NCBI GenBank assembly: GCA_041480845.1
Contig: JBGPAU010000001.1
Span: 5,382-69,381, forward strand
Direction of reading: 5' to 3'
Source of the DNA: Patescibacteria group bacterium
GTDB taxonomy: Bacteria > Patescibacteriota > Microgenomatia > UBA8517
Length of the DNA: 64,000 nucleotides
Shown: positions 55,010 through 63,922 of the stretch, in pieces
How the letters are laid out: the number at the start of each line of letters is the position of its first letter
Position numbering within the stretch: position 1 is the stretch's first letter
Program-made: the position numbers and the translations under genes
Notes under the pieces: generated by a model
What the model was told of the DNA's origin: nothing
What the model saw: the letters and a program-made list of their open reading frames with translations, nothing else
Database searches by the model: none

Positions 55010-55083
55010 TGGTCGCTGGAGGGCTCGAACCCCCGACCTCATCGATGTAAACGATGCGCTCTAACCAACTGAGCTAAGCGACC
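55010..55083 (-). tRNA. tRNA-Val (anticodon UAC).
   Basis: Acceptor GGUCGCU, anticodon arm CAUCG-UUUACAU-CGAUG, T-arm GGGGG-UUCGAGC-CCUCC. Confidence 0.8.
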
Positions 55084-55089
55084 TTACTG

Positions 55090-55171
55090 TGCGGACGAGA
55101 GGAGTTGAACCTCCACGCCTTTCGGCACAGCCTCCTCAAGACTGCGCGTATACCAATTCCGCCACGTCCGC
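55090..55171 (-). tRNA. tRNA-Leu (anticodon GAG), class II.
   Basis: Acceptor GCGGACG, anticodon arm CAGUC-UUGAGGA-GGCUG, long variable arm, T-arm GGAGG-UUCAACU-CCUCU. Confidence 0.75.
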
Positions 55172-55208
55172 TTAGACTCCTGCTATTATACCTAATGCTT
55201 TAAGAAAA

Positions 55209-55228
55209 TGTGCCAAGGGCGGGAGTTG
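55209..55228 (-). repeat. Orphan copy (18/20) of the tRNA-Leu(CAG) 3' end, 50 bp beyond the gene. Forms a 7-bp hairpin with a downstream complement (TGCCAAG...CTTGGCA).
   Basis: TGTGCCAAGGGCGGGAGTTG versus AGTGCCGAGAGCGGGAGTTG at 55278-55297. Confidence 0.55.
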
Positions 55229-55279
55229 TATGCAAGACATATACAATGCTTGGCATTATCAAGCCCCGATCGAGGCAAG

Positions 55280-55363
55280 TGCCGAGAGCGGGAGTTGAAC
55301 CCGCACGCTCTTTCGAGCACACGCTCCTGAAGCGTGCCTGTCTGCCAATTCCAGCACCTCGGC
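55280..55363 (-). tRNA. tRNA-Leu (anticodon CAG), class II.
   Basis: Acceptor GCCGAGG, anticodon arm CACGC-UUCAGGA-GCGUG, long variable arm, T-arm GCGGG-UUCAACU-CCCGC. Confidence 0.8.
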
Positions 55364-55433
55364 TCGCTTACGATTATATCAAAACCGCTCCAAACTTGAC
55401 AGATTATACTCATTTGTGGCATTCTGAAAAATA

Positions 55434-56072
55434 ATGGAAAGTACGGAATTTAGCAGGGAAGAGAATATTGGTTTTTGGAAAAATTTAATTCTGGTAACTG
55501 TTTTTTTTGTGGTAACTCCCTTGGCCCTTGGAATTAGCCTATTTTCGCTTTTCTCACTTAAATCAAGTGTCACGGCTAAGCAAAATTTAAATTCATCCCC
55601 CAATTTAATTGTTTCTCCTCAATCGGGCGTAAGAGTTTATGCCTCATTACCCTTGAAATTTCCCTTGATCACCGAGCAAATTACCTCTTCGGACGCCAGA
55701 CCTGAAATTTTACGGCAATACATGGAAAGTTTGGGTTCCCCCCTAGCACCTTATGCCGGTCTAATTGTGCAAGTAGCTGATAAATATTCTTTGGATTTCC
55801 GCCTAATTATTGCGATTGCAAGGCAAGAATCCAATATTTGTAAGGTAATACCCCCCGGATCATATAACTGTTGGGGGTGGGGAATTACCGGTCAGGATTC
55901 GCTCGGATTTACTTCATTCCAAGACGGAATTGAAGCGGTTTCGAAAGGACTTAGGCAAAATTATCTTAATAAAGGTTATATCACAGTTGAAGATATAATG
56001 AACAAGTACACGCCTCTTAGTAACGGCTCCTGGGCCCAGGGAGTTAGTAACTTCATGACAGAGATGCAGTAA
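55434..56072 (+). CDS. Membrane-anchored protein with lysozyme-like/SLT-like (lytic transglycosylase-type) domain. Paralogue of 56243-56767.
   Basis: N-terminal TM, then AIARQESNICK...NCWGWGI (ES catalytic-motif-like). The C-terminal domain aligns with the next gene. Confidence 0.4.
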   Translation: MESTEFSREENIGFWKNLILVTVFFVVTPLALGISLFSLFSLKSSVTAKQNLNSSPNLIVSPQSGVRVYASLPLKFPLITEQITSSDARPEILRQYMESLGSPLAPYAGLIVQVADKYSLDFRLIIAIARQESNICKVIPPGSYNCWGWGITGQDSLGFTSFQDGIEAVSKGLRQNYLNKGYITVEDIMNKYTPLSNGSWAQGVSNFMTEMQ

Positions 56073-56195
56073 CCCTTTTATTGACAATCTTACGTCGAAA
56101 AATGAGGTTTGTTTGACAAACCTATAATACTATGCTATAGTACGCACAGATTCCGAGGCTTAAGCATGGAAACATGACTTCGGCGTTGGAATACA

Positions 56196-56230
56196 TATTT
56201 GGGGCTTACCGTAAGGTAGGCCCCTTCTTT
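56196..56230 (+). terminator. Rho-independent terminator: GGGGCUUACC-GUAA-GGUAGGCCCC followed by UUCUUUU.
   Basis: About 10-bp stem with a GNRA-type tetraloop followed by a T-run. Confidence 0.5.
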
Positions 56231-56242
56231 TACTAAACGGGC

Positions 56243-56767
56243 ATGAAAAAAATAATAATTTATATCCTAATTTGTATCATATTGATTGTCTTTAACACGG
56301 CCAATGTCCGTGCAGAGACTCTATCCGCTTCTTCGGCCACTTTTAAAAAAGATGCGGAAGAACCAGGATTTGATTACCGTGCAGAAAATCTTAGGCGATT
56401 TTTGGAAAAATATGACTCTCCGCTGGCCGTTTATGCGGAAGATTTTGTTACATATGCAGATACTAACAGCCTGGATTACAGACTTGTCCCTGCAATTACG
56501 GGTGTAGAATCAACATTTGGCAAGAAAATTCCTGCAAATTCATATAACGCCTATGGCTGGGCAAATGGGGAATATGCTTTTGCCTCATGGGAAGATTCAA
56601 TTTCTCACGTCTCTGAGACGATAAAAAAGTCCTATATCGATAAAGGGGCCCCTACAATCGCCAAAATTGCAAAAAGGTATGCTCCCCCCTCCACGACTTG
56701 GGGAAGTGGTGTTAAATTTTTTGTTTCTAAAATCGACTCCCTGCCTCTAAACTTTGATATAATCTAA
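56243..56767 (+). CDS. Secreted lysozyme-like/SLT-like domain protein (paralogue of 55434-56072).
   Basis: Signal peptide, then AITGVESTFGKK...NAYGWANGE, homologous to the preceding gene. Confidence 0.4.
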   Translation: MKKIIIYILICIILIVFNTANVRAETLSASSATFKKDAEEPGFDYRAENLRRFLEKYDSPLAVYAEDFVTYADTNSLDYRLVPAITGVESTFGKKIPANSYNAYGWANGEYAFASWEDSISHVSETIKKSYIDKGAPTIAKIAKRYAPPSTTWGSGVKFFVSKIDSLPLNFDII

Positions 56768-56772
56768 CATAT

Positions 56773-56854
56773 GCCCTCGTGGCGCAATTGGTAGACGCGT
56801 ACGCTTTAGGAGCGTATTCCTTACGGATTAGAGGTTCGAGTCCTCTCGAGGGCA
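56773..56854 (+). tRNA. tRNA-Leu (anticodon UAG), class II.
   Basis: Acceptor GCCCUCG/CGAGGGC, anticodon arm UACGC-UUUAGGA-GCGUA, long variable arm, T-arm AGAGG-UUCGAGU-CCUCU. Confidence 0.8.
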
Positions 56855-57095
56855 CAAGTTGGGGCTACGGTCCTGAGCTTGTCGAAGGATTCGACTCCTC
56901 CCCTCGGCACACTTCTTGACTTTAATTTGTAGCCAACTATACTTCTTTCTGATTCTCAATTAAGCCAGTTTTGTTGGCTAAAAAAGGAATTATTTCGCTC
57001 ATTTACACATAAAAGGAGGTGGTGAGAAAGGTAAACCGTTTGTTTACGCCACGGGAACTTTCCCGACTCTGTTCATTCCCTAAAGGAGGGAATAA

Positions 57096-57662
57096 ATGAA
57101 AACAAAATGTTCGTTGATACTTGCAGTTGTTGTACTTGTAATGGCCACGTTGGCATGTGACGCATCATCGTTACCGTTTTTCCCAACACCGACGCCGCTG
57201 CCAACCTACACACCGTTACCGACGTACACTTTGCAACCGACATTCACACCTGTTCCGACCGCAACGCTCGTACCGACGTTTACGCCACTTCCACAGATAC
57301 TTGGTATTGACTCGCCCGTATCGGTTTTGGATGTCGATTTCACTTTTTTTGCGGTTGCAATTACTGATGTCCCAACCAATAACGGAGCAAATCTTATGAC
57401 GCCAAACGCCGGCTATTCTGTTTTAATAGCCAGTGCATATTATACCGGCGACATAAGTTCTCTTTTTAACGACTCCTATCAGGGAGTTGGTGTCTTATAC
57501 ATCGATGACGGAGTTTACGCTATGAACGATTGGTCGAGCGTATCCTGGAGTAACTTTATTGTGTACATCGGGTTTTATGTGAAGACGGAGGCAAACTCCT
57601 ATATTCTGCACAACACTGTTGGTCAAGCCTGGTCAATCGACCTTGGTAGTTTGATCCCGTAA
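57096..57662 (+). CDS. Secreted protein with Pro/Thr-rich repeats (PTxTPLPTYTP...), hypothetical.
   Basis: Signal peptide and Cys-anchored start (LAC), a Pro/Thr repeat region, and AAGGAGGG RBS. Confidence 0.5.
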   Translation: MKTKCSLILAVVVLVMATLACDASSLPFFPTPTPLPTYTPLPTYTLQPTFTPVPTATLVPTFTPLPQILGIDSPVSVLDVDFTFFAVAITDVPTNNGANLMTPNAGYSVLIASAYYTGDISSLFNDSYQGVGVLYIDDGVYAMNDWSSVSWSNFIVYIGFYVKTEANSYILHNTVGQAWSIDLGSLIP

Positions 57663-57688
57663 TCAGAAATAAGTAAATTTAAGTAAGG

Positions 57689-57730
57689 GGAGACTTTTAT
57701 CTATTAGAGATAGGTCTCCCCGTTTTTTTT
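57689..57730 (+). terminator. Strong Rho-independent terminator: GGGGAGAC...GGUCUCCCC followed by U8.
   Basis: 9-bp GC-rich inverted repeat followed by TTTTTTTT. Confidence 0.65.
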
Positions 57731-57866
57731 GGCTTTGTGTTAATATAAATTATGGAGTCTAAACTTCTTCACATCCATAAAATGAATCGATCCACCCTCG
57801 ATCACGTTCTGTTTATGGTGATCCCGATTTTGGTCTTTTTTGCGGCCTTGGCACTACTTCTAAGAT

Positions 57867-58373
57867 ATGTTTAAACAAATTATTCTTCCCATTCTGGCTG
57901 TTGTGATATTTATCATCATCGTCGGACTTTTTGTCCAAAAATCCTCTTCCTTGGGTCTTTCAGGTTTAAAAACTCCGACTCCGATAGCAAAGTCCGAAAA
58001 AACTATTACGGTTGGAGCCAAAAAAATTCAAGTTCAAATCGCCGATAACGCAGAGAAAAGGGCCAAAGGCCTTTCGGGCGTAGCTTCCCTCAAAGCGGAT
58101 AGCGGTATGCTTTTTGTGTTTGACACTAAAGACCTTGCTCCAATTTTTTGGATGAAAGACATGCTGATTCCACTTGACATGATTTGGATACGAGACGGGA
58201 AAATCGTAAAGATCGATAAAAATGTTCTGATTCCGTCTCCCGGCACTCCCGACAGTAATTTAAAGACATACTCTGCCGGACAAACCGTTGACTACGTGCT
58301 TGAGGTGAACGCAGGCTTCTCAAATCAAAACAATATTAAAGTGGGTGACAGCGTTGATCTATCCGGAATTTAA
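57867..58373 (+). CDS. DUF192 (COG1430) domain protein, membrane-anchored.
   Basis: N-terminal TM and the conserved DUF192 core (GLSG...MLFVF......FWMKDMLIPLDMIWI). Confidence 0.6.
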   Translation: MFKQIILPILAVVIFIIIVGLFVQKSSSLGLSGLKTPTPIAKSEKTITVGAKKIQVQIADNAEKRAKGLSGVASLKADSGMLFVFDTKDLAPIFWMKDMLIPLDMIWIRDGKIVKIDKNVLIPSPGTPDSNLKTYSAGQTVDYVLEVNAGFSNQNNIKVGDSVDLSGI

Positions 58374-59606
58374 TGTAAATTCTTCCAACTCCTTAACTCC
58401 TCCGAAAGCAATTCTGTCCATTACTATTTTAGCTCCGCCGAAGCTTCTGGCGCTTCCTACGGTAAACCCTCCCCATCTTTCGTTTACGGAGTCGAGAGCG
58501 GTAACCAAATCACGCTTTTTGTCTACATCCTCAAAAAGTCCAAGTTGCAGGCACCGATTCCTTGTTAAGCCGAAGCAGGAAACCGCAATATTTAGGACCG
58601 GAGTTTTAGGGTCTGCCTCGATCAGGAGCTTGAAGGCGGCTTTATAGAAATCCCTTGAATCAAAATAGGGCTGAATCAAAAGCCTACCCTTGTGCCACCA
58701 TGAGCCGTTTTTAAAGGTCAGCATAAGGTGAATGCCGCCTGCGCAGTACCGCGCCCCTCTTAGCCTGCCACACATCTTCTCCGTGAGTCTGGCGAGGATG
58801 GGGGAGAGTTCCTCAATTTTACTCAAATTTTTGCCCAAGGCTACCGAATTGCCGTAGCTTCGTCTTCCGAACTCAATATCGTCAACCTCGTAGCCGGAAA
58901 GGCGTGCGTGCCAGTAAAAGCCTGTAATAGAATGGAAAGCCGCCTTAAGCCTCCAAATTGGTGCTTGGTAGAAATCCAAGACAGAGTAAATCCCCATTCC
59001 ATTGAGTCTGGCGGCATTTCGCGCCTTTATCCCGGTCAAGTCAGTCAGCTTCAATTTGGAATATACGCTCAAAAAATTGTCTTTATTTATTTCATCAAGC
59101 CCGTCGGGTTTTCTTAAACCCGCAGCGATTTTTGCCAAGTACCGGTTTGGCGCAATCCCGATAGAAACCGTAAGCCATTCCCCAATTTCGCTTCTTATTC
59201 TGTCTTTTATTTCTTGTGCGACTACCTTTATAGGACTGTCCTCTAAAGCTGGATAGTCTTTTAAATTTAAAACAAACTCATCGATGGATTTTGGAGAAAA
59301 ATCATTGGTATAATCGGCAATCAGTTTCCGAAGCTTCAGGTGAACGTTACGATATTTCCAGGGGTCGGAAGGAAGCACTATGAGTCCGGAGTAAATTGCA
59401 CGGCCGTCACGGACTCTCATTCCTGTTTTTATCCCTAATCTTTTGGCTTCAACGGATGCAGCCAGAATACAACCTCCGGGGGAAGTAAAAGCCGCAACGG
59501 CAACGGGTTTTCCCCTCAAAAACGGATTTGCCTGCTGTTCAATAGTCGCAAAGCAGGAATTAAGGTCAATATGCATTATGTATGAGGGGGAGGAATTAAA
59601 TTCCAT
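58359..59606 (-). CDS. dinB: DNA polymerase IV (Y-family).
   Basis: IMHIDLNSCFATIE start, Y-family palm/finger motifs, and a little-finger domain. Confidence 0.85.
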   Translation of the reverse strand: MEFNSSPSYIMHIDLNSCFATIEQQANPFLRGKPVAVAAFTSPGGCILAASVEAKRLGIKTGMRVRDGRAIYSGLIVLPSDPWKYRNVHLKLRKLIADYTNDFSPKSIDEFVLNLKDYPALEDSPIKVVAQEIKDRIRSEIGEWLTVSIGIAPNRYLAKIAAGLRKPDGLDEINKDNFLSVYSKLKLTDLTGIKARNAARLNGMGIYSVLDFYQAPIWRLKAAFHSITGFYWHARLSGYEVDDIEFGRRSYGNSVALGKNLSKIEELSPILARLTEKMCGRLRGARYCAGGIHLMLTFKNGSWWHKGRLLIQPYFDSRDFYKAAFKLLIEADPKTPVLNIAVSCFGLTRNRCLQLGLFEDVDKKRDLVTALDSVNERWGGFTVGSARSFGGAKIVMDRIAFGGVKELEEFTLNSG

Positions 59607-59829
59607 CGCTTACTTCCTCCAACCTCCACCCCAAAGTTTCGGTATCAAATCGAAGTTTCATGGCTAAAGTTTTTGTGGAGACAGAAAAGATATGATAGAG
59701 GACTCGGCCCTCGCGAAAGGTATAGTGCAGACCGACTTTTTCAATTTTATGAACACGGGCCCGCCATTTAACCCACTTTGGAAAATCACTCATTCCGACT
59801 GTTACTTTTTCGTCAATCGCCTCTGCCAT
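59596..59829 (-). CDS. Small hypothetical protein upstream of, and overlapping, dinB. Probably co-transcribed.
   Basis: 77-aa ORF with an 11-bp overlap with the dinB start. Confidence 0.35.
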   Translation of the reverse strand: MAEAIDEKVTVGMSDFPKWVKWRARVHKIEKVGLHYTFREGRVLYHIFSVSTKTLAMKLRFDTETLGWRLEEVSDGI

Positions 59830-59875
59830 ACTTACTTGTAACCCGAATAAAATACGAAGTCAAGCACTATTATTT

Positions 59876-59930
59876 TATACAAATAGCGCGCAGTCCTGAG
59901 TGAAATCGAAGGACAAGTATATCTTTCTAT
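59876..59930 (+). promoter_or_regulatory. Second copy of the conserved element (TATACAAATAGCGCGC + hairpin AGUCCUGAGUGAAAUCGAAGGAC + ATCTTTCT), in the divergent region upstream of the dinB operon.
   Basis: About 40/55 identity to 31213-31268, with compensatory stem changes. Confidence 0.4.
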
Positions 59931-59963
59931 TGATATTTTCAAAATTTAAAATAATATAAGATT

Positions 59964-60185
59964 GTGACATTACAAGGAGGTTTTGCTAAAGGACAATTAA
60001 GAGATGTCGTAGGAGTCGGCAGTGTTATAAATGCGGAGGGGCATCAGGGTGTCTCTAAGGCGCATAAAATAGAAGATATTATTATTAACGTAGAAGAAAA
60101 AGGGTTGGTAAAGAAAAAGTCCATTGGTGAGGCACCTATGAATAATCCCAGCTTTGGAACGAGTCCTTCCGAAAAAAAAGCCTGA
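59964..60185 (+). CDS. Small hypothetical ORF (73 aa).
   Basis: ORF only. Confidence 0.2.
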   Translation: MTLQGGFAKGQLRDVVGVGSVINAEGHQGVSKAHKIEDIIINVEEKGLVKKKSIGEAPMNNPSFGTSPSEKKA

Positions 60186-60213
60186 AGTCTTCTTTTTGTG
60201 CTACAGTTAATAT

Positions 60214-60558
60214 ATGCCCTTTCTATATATTGCAATCGTAACGCCGATTAGCTACAAGATTTGGAATTATCTTAGCCATCCTGATTCCAAGATTTGGAAA
60301 AAACTGCCTCAAATAGGAGTGAGGTGGTTCCAGTTATTTCCGAGTATCAGAATTTTCATTAAAGGAAGAGTAATACATTTTCATCACTGGTTCAGTCTTT
60401 CAATTCTGCTTTGTATTTCAATATTCGTGACGGGAGGAATACTCGATTCCTGGATTACAAGGGGAGCCCTTATGGGTGGAATCATACAAGGTCTTACGAT
60501 AAAAAGCCCAACTGCCAGAAAAATATTTTATCGTAAAATAATAGATGTCAAGCTTTAA
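60214..60558 (+). CDS. Small membrane protein, hypothetical.
   Basis: 114 aa with 3 hydrophobic helices. Confidence 0.3.
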   Translation: MPFLYIAIVTPISYKIWNYLSHPDSKIWKKLPQIGVRWFQLFPSIRIFIKGRVIHFHHWFSLSILLCISIFVTGGILDSWITRGALMGGIIQGLTIKSPTARKIFYRKIIDVKL

Positions 60559-61573
60559 AAGTTTTATTTATTATTTTCTAATTGCCTTAGTTTTTGTTTT
60601 TATAGGTTGGTACGGAAATACAGCATACCATCTTCCTAAAAATTCCAATCCGATATCTCAGATTAAGCCGACACCTCTTCTTAAATATATGATTGAGAAT
60701 CTTTCGGCGGCAACATTTAAACCCTCAACAATTGAGATCGGCAAAGTTCTTAAAGATGATCCTAAATATACTTCGTATGAATTTACCATGAAGTTTTCTC
60801 CCGATTTTTCCGAAAATCTCAAAACCACATCGGGCATGATCAATATTCCCAAAGGAACCGGTCCCTTTCCTGTAATAATCATGTTCAGAGGTTATGTGGA
60901 TCAAAAACTTTATGTAATCGGGGAGGGGACCGCCCCTTCCGCCAAAGTTTTTGCTCAAAACGGATTTATTACAATTGCACCTGACTTTTTGGGATACGGA
61001 GAAAGTGACACTGAGGCAGGAAACATTTTTGAATCCCGTTTCCAAACATATGTAACAGCGGCTACTTTATTGAAATCTATTTCCGACCCAGCCTTCGCTA
61101 AAGCTACGGCGGGCAAATCGGACTTGAAAAATATTTTCATCTGGGGACATAGTAACGGCGGGCAAGTCGCTTTAACAACGCTTGAAATAACCGGGGTTAC
61201 CTATCCAACAGTTCTTTGGGCTCCCGTATCTAAACCTTTTCCTTTTTCAATTCTTGCATATCTTGACGAAGCTTCAGACAGTGGAAAACTCATAATCGGT
61301 AAGCTTGCCGAATTTAACGAAACATATGACGCTTCCAAATTTTCACTAACCGAATATTTTGACAAAATTAAGGCTCCGATTCTGTTAAATCAGGGTACGG
61401 CAGATACCTCGGTTCCTTACTGGTGGAGCGATTCTTTAGTCAAAACAATGAAAGCGACTGGCGTTGACATCACTTACATAAAATATCCGGGTGCCAATCA
61501 TAACCTCGTTCCTTTCTGGAACCAAACAGTGGAGAATTCGATAAACTACTTCAAGTCACACCTTACAAAGTAA
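60545..61573 (+). CDS. Alpha/beta hydrolase (dienelactone hydrolase/S9 peptidase-like).
   Basis: Signal anchor, GxSxG nucleophile elbow (WGHSNGG), and a downstream D/H. Confidence 0.6.
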   Translation: MSSFKSFIYYFLIALVFVFIGWYGNTAYHLPKNSNPISQIKPTPLLKYMIENLSAATFKPSTIEIGKVLKDDPKYTSYEFTMKFSPDFSENLKTTSGMINIPKGTGPFPVIIMFRGYVDQKLYVIGEGTAPSAKVFAQNGFITIAPDFLGYGESDTEAGNIFESRFQTYVTAATLLKSISDPAFAKATAGKSDLKNIFIWGHSNGGQVALTTLEITGVTYPTVLWAPVSKPFPFSILAYLDEASDSGKLIIGKLAEFNETYDASKFSLTEYFDKIKAPILLNQGTADTSVPYWWSDSLVKTMKATGVDITYIKYPGANHNLVPFWNQTVENSINYFKSHLTK

Positions 61574-61707
61574 AGATAGCAACTCTTTCAAAATCCGCTA
61601 CAACTAGCTTATTTATACACATGATATTTCTTTAGCAAACATCATATCTACTATCTTTTGAAACTTTTAGACAATTACCATTTCGTTTCGAAATGGCCAA
61701 GCTTTGC

Positions 61708-61968
61708 TTATTGTCTTGGTTCCATCGGGCGGGCTATGTTGACATTAATCTTGCGGCCTTTAAGGTCTGCTTGATTAAACATCTCAATAGATTTCTTGGC
61801 CTCTTCGTCGCTTGACATGGTTACAAAACCAAATCCGCGGCTTCTTCCGGTCATTTTGTCGCTTATTACGGCGGCATCAACAACTGCTCCGGCACCTGCA
61901 AAGAGGGCCTTAAGGTCATCTGCCGTGACTTCCCACGACAAATTTCCTACAAAAAGTTTAGATTGCAT
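61708..61968 (-). CDS. RNA-binding protein with single RRM.
   Basis: RNP-2 (LFVGNL) and RNP-1 (RGFGFVTM). Confidence 0.8.
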   Translation of the reverse strand: MQSKLFVGNLSWEVTADDLKALFAGAGAVVDAAVISDKMTGRSRGFGFVTMSSDEEAKKSIEMFNQADLKGRKINVNIARPMEPRQ

Positions 61969-62310
61969 TTAAATTAAAAATTCACCTCCTCTCATGTCGA
62001 AGTCGGTCAAAGGCGAAGCTCAAAAAATTGAAGCTCACTATCCCTTGAAAACTCTGGTGATAGTATATAATATTCTTAGTCAAATGGCAAATAGTACCAA
62101 GAAAGAGGCAGTTGTTCCCAAAATCCCGACTTTGAGCTTTGGCGGTGGAAGGCCGTCTATATTCTCGGCAAATAAGGGATTTATACCCAAAGGGGCCCAA
62201 AGGGGAAAATTTAATCAGGCCACGTTTCACACCCAACACAAAGGGGGACCCTCGGGCGGGAAGTAAATTCCCCAATTGCCAATTTACAATTAACAATTTA
62301 CAATTGCAGC

Positions 62311-63192
62311 ATGCCTGATAAAATTACCTCCGTAATTGCCCGCGAAAGCGACGGAAACATCCAAATTACTTTTACGATTCCTTTCTCCGTGGTAAAGGCC
62401 GCAAACGAAGAAACCATAAAGGAATTTGCAAAAGACACCGAAATTCCGGGATTCAGGAAAGGCATGGCTCCTCTTGATAAAGTTGCCGAAAAAATTCCCC
62501 AAAATAAGCTTATTGAACGCTCCCTCAGCCATATTTTACCAAAGGCTCTTGCCGAATCGGTCAACGAAAACAAGCTCAAGATTGCCGTTTATCCCAAATT
62601 TGAATTAATTAGTGCAGAGGAAGGAAAAGATTGGCAAATAAGAGGAATTACCTGCGAGCTTCCCGAAGTTGCCTTGGGTGATTACAAAAAGGCAATCGGG
62701 GGCGCCTCACATGCTTCTGCCATTTGGACTCCCGATAAAGGTAAACCGGAAGAAAAGAAGGAGCCGACCCGCGAAGAGAGGGAACAGGTAGTCGTAAAGG
62801 CACTTCTTGACAACGTAAAAGTAACTATTCCAAAAATACTCATTGAAGAAGAGGCAGATAGCCGTCTTTCAAATCTTCTGGCACGGCTTGAAAAGCTCGG
62901 CCTTGCTCTTGAAAACTATCTTGCTTCCATAGGCAAAAAAGCCGAAGATCTTCGCGCCGATTATGCCAATCAGGCAAAAGATGCTATTTCGCTCGATTTG
63001 ATCTTATCTAAAGTCGCCGAAAGCGAAGGAATTAAAATTGATCCAAAAGAAGTGGATACCGCCCTCAATATGTCCCAAGCCGCAAAACCGGATAATAATG
63101 CGCACACGGAAGACAACGAAAGCCGAAAGCGTCTTATTGAATCCATTCTTAAACGACGCGCCGCTCTGGACTTTCTAATTAAGTTGAGTTAA
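62311..63192 (+). CDS. tig: Trigger factor, short form: ribosome-binding N-domain plus C-domain, with no obvious FKBP PPIase domain.
   Basis: Signature GFRKGMAPL in the N-domain. 293 aa, versus about 430 for canonical trigger factor. Confidence 0.6.
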   Translation: MPDKITSVIARESDGNIQITFTIPFSVVKAANEETIKEFAKDTEIPGFRKGMAPLDKVAEKIPQNKLIERSLSHILPKALAESVNENKLKIAVYPKFELISAEEGKDWQIRGITCELPEVALGDYKKAIGGASHASAIWTPDKGKPEEKKEPTREEREQVVVKALLDNVKVTIPKILIEEEADSRLSNLLARLEKLGLALENYLASIGKKAEDLRADYANQAKDAISLDLILSKVAESEGIKIDPKEVDTALNMSQAAKPDNNAHTEDNESRKRLIESILKRRAALDFLIKLS

Positions 63193-63204
63193 ACTCGGCC
63201 CATA

Positions 63205-63834
63205 ATGACAGACCAAAAGAAAAAGACGCGGGAGCTCCGCACAAAGCAGAATGTACTCGAATCCCTTAAAGACTTAGGGATTGGCGCCGGTTCCCAAACC
63301 GGAGATTTTCTAAAAAATACTTCCGAAGACTTTTTCAAGGAATTAATGGGTTTTTCCGTGCCCAAAGTCAAAAGAAGCGGAGAACTTTCCGCAGGACAAT
63401 CTCTTCAGATGAGTGAAGTAATGAGCGGAAAAGAAGAGGAAAATAAGCACCTTCGTGCTCAAATCTCTCTGGAAAGACAGCTTTCGAGTGATGAAAAACG
63501 CGTCTCGCAGGAAAAAGGCAACGAACTCAGGGTCCAACTTCAGGCTTTGATGCAGGAAGTTCAAAAAGTTGCCGCCAGTACCCAAAACCTTGCAGAAGTT
63601 ACTCAGGTGTCCATGATGACTGCTCCTGTCGAGCCCGGAGTCTATCATATTACTTTTTTCCAAAATGTTTTGGAATTTTTACAGTCTTTCAGAAAGAGAA
63701 TAGATTACACCGTAGCCTGGCTTCAAAGTTCCAATAAGCGTGCCGAAAAGAAAAACTACTGGGCTATGTACAAAAAGAAGGGCAGTTCTTTCCTTCTTTC
63801 CCCCGACCATTATCTTCAAAGATCGGCCGGATAA
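63205..63834 (+). CDS. Hypothetical protein (coiled-coil-rich).
   Basis: 209-aa ORF with no recognisable motif. Confidence 0.35.
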   Translation: MTDQKKKTRELRTKQNVLESLKDLGIGAGSQTGDFLKNTSEDFFKELMGFSVPKVKRSGELSAGQSLQMSEVMSGKEEENKHLRAQISLERQLSSDEKRVSQEKGNELRVQLQALMQEVQKVAASTQNLAEVTQVSMMTAPVEPGVYHITFFQNVLEFLQSFRKRIDYTVAWLQSSNKRAEKKNYWAMYKKKGSSFLLSPDHYLQRSAG

Positions 63835-63844
63835 TCCGTTTCGA

Positions 63845-63866
63845 CGAGTGGACGCTGGAGGGCTCG
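63845..63866 (-). repeat. Orphan direct copy (22/22) of the tRNA-Val(GAC) 3' end plus 4 nt of flank, 53 bp beyond the gene.
   Basis: CGAGTGGACGCTGGAGGGCTCG is identical to 63919-63940. Confidence 0.7.
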
Positions 63867-63922
63867 TGCGCACAACCATAACACGAGCGCTATTGAGACC
63901 CCACGGACACGAGCGAAGCGAG

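Noticed and set aside
54870-55064. ORF encoding a SYLGM-repeat peptide.
   Set aside because: It is translated from the tandem tRNA-Phe-derived DNA repeats, so the periodicity is a DNA-repeat artefact.
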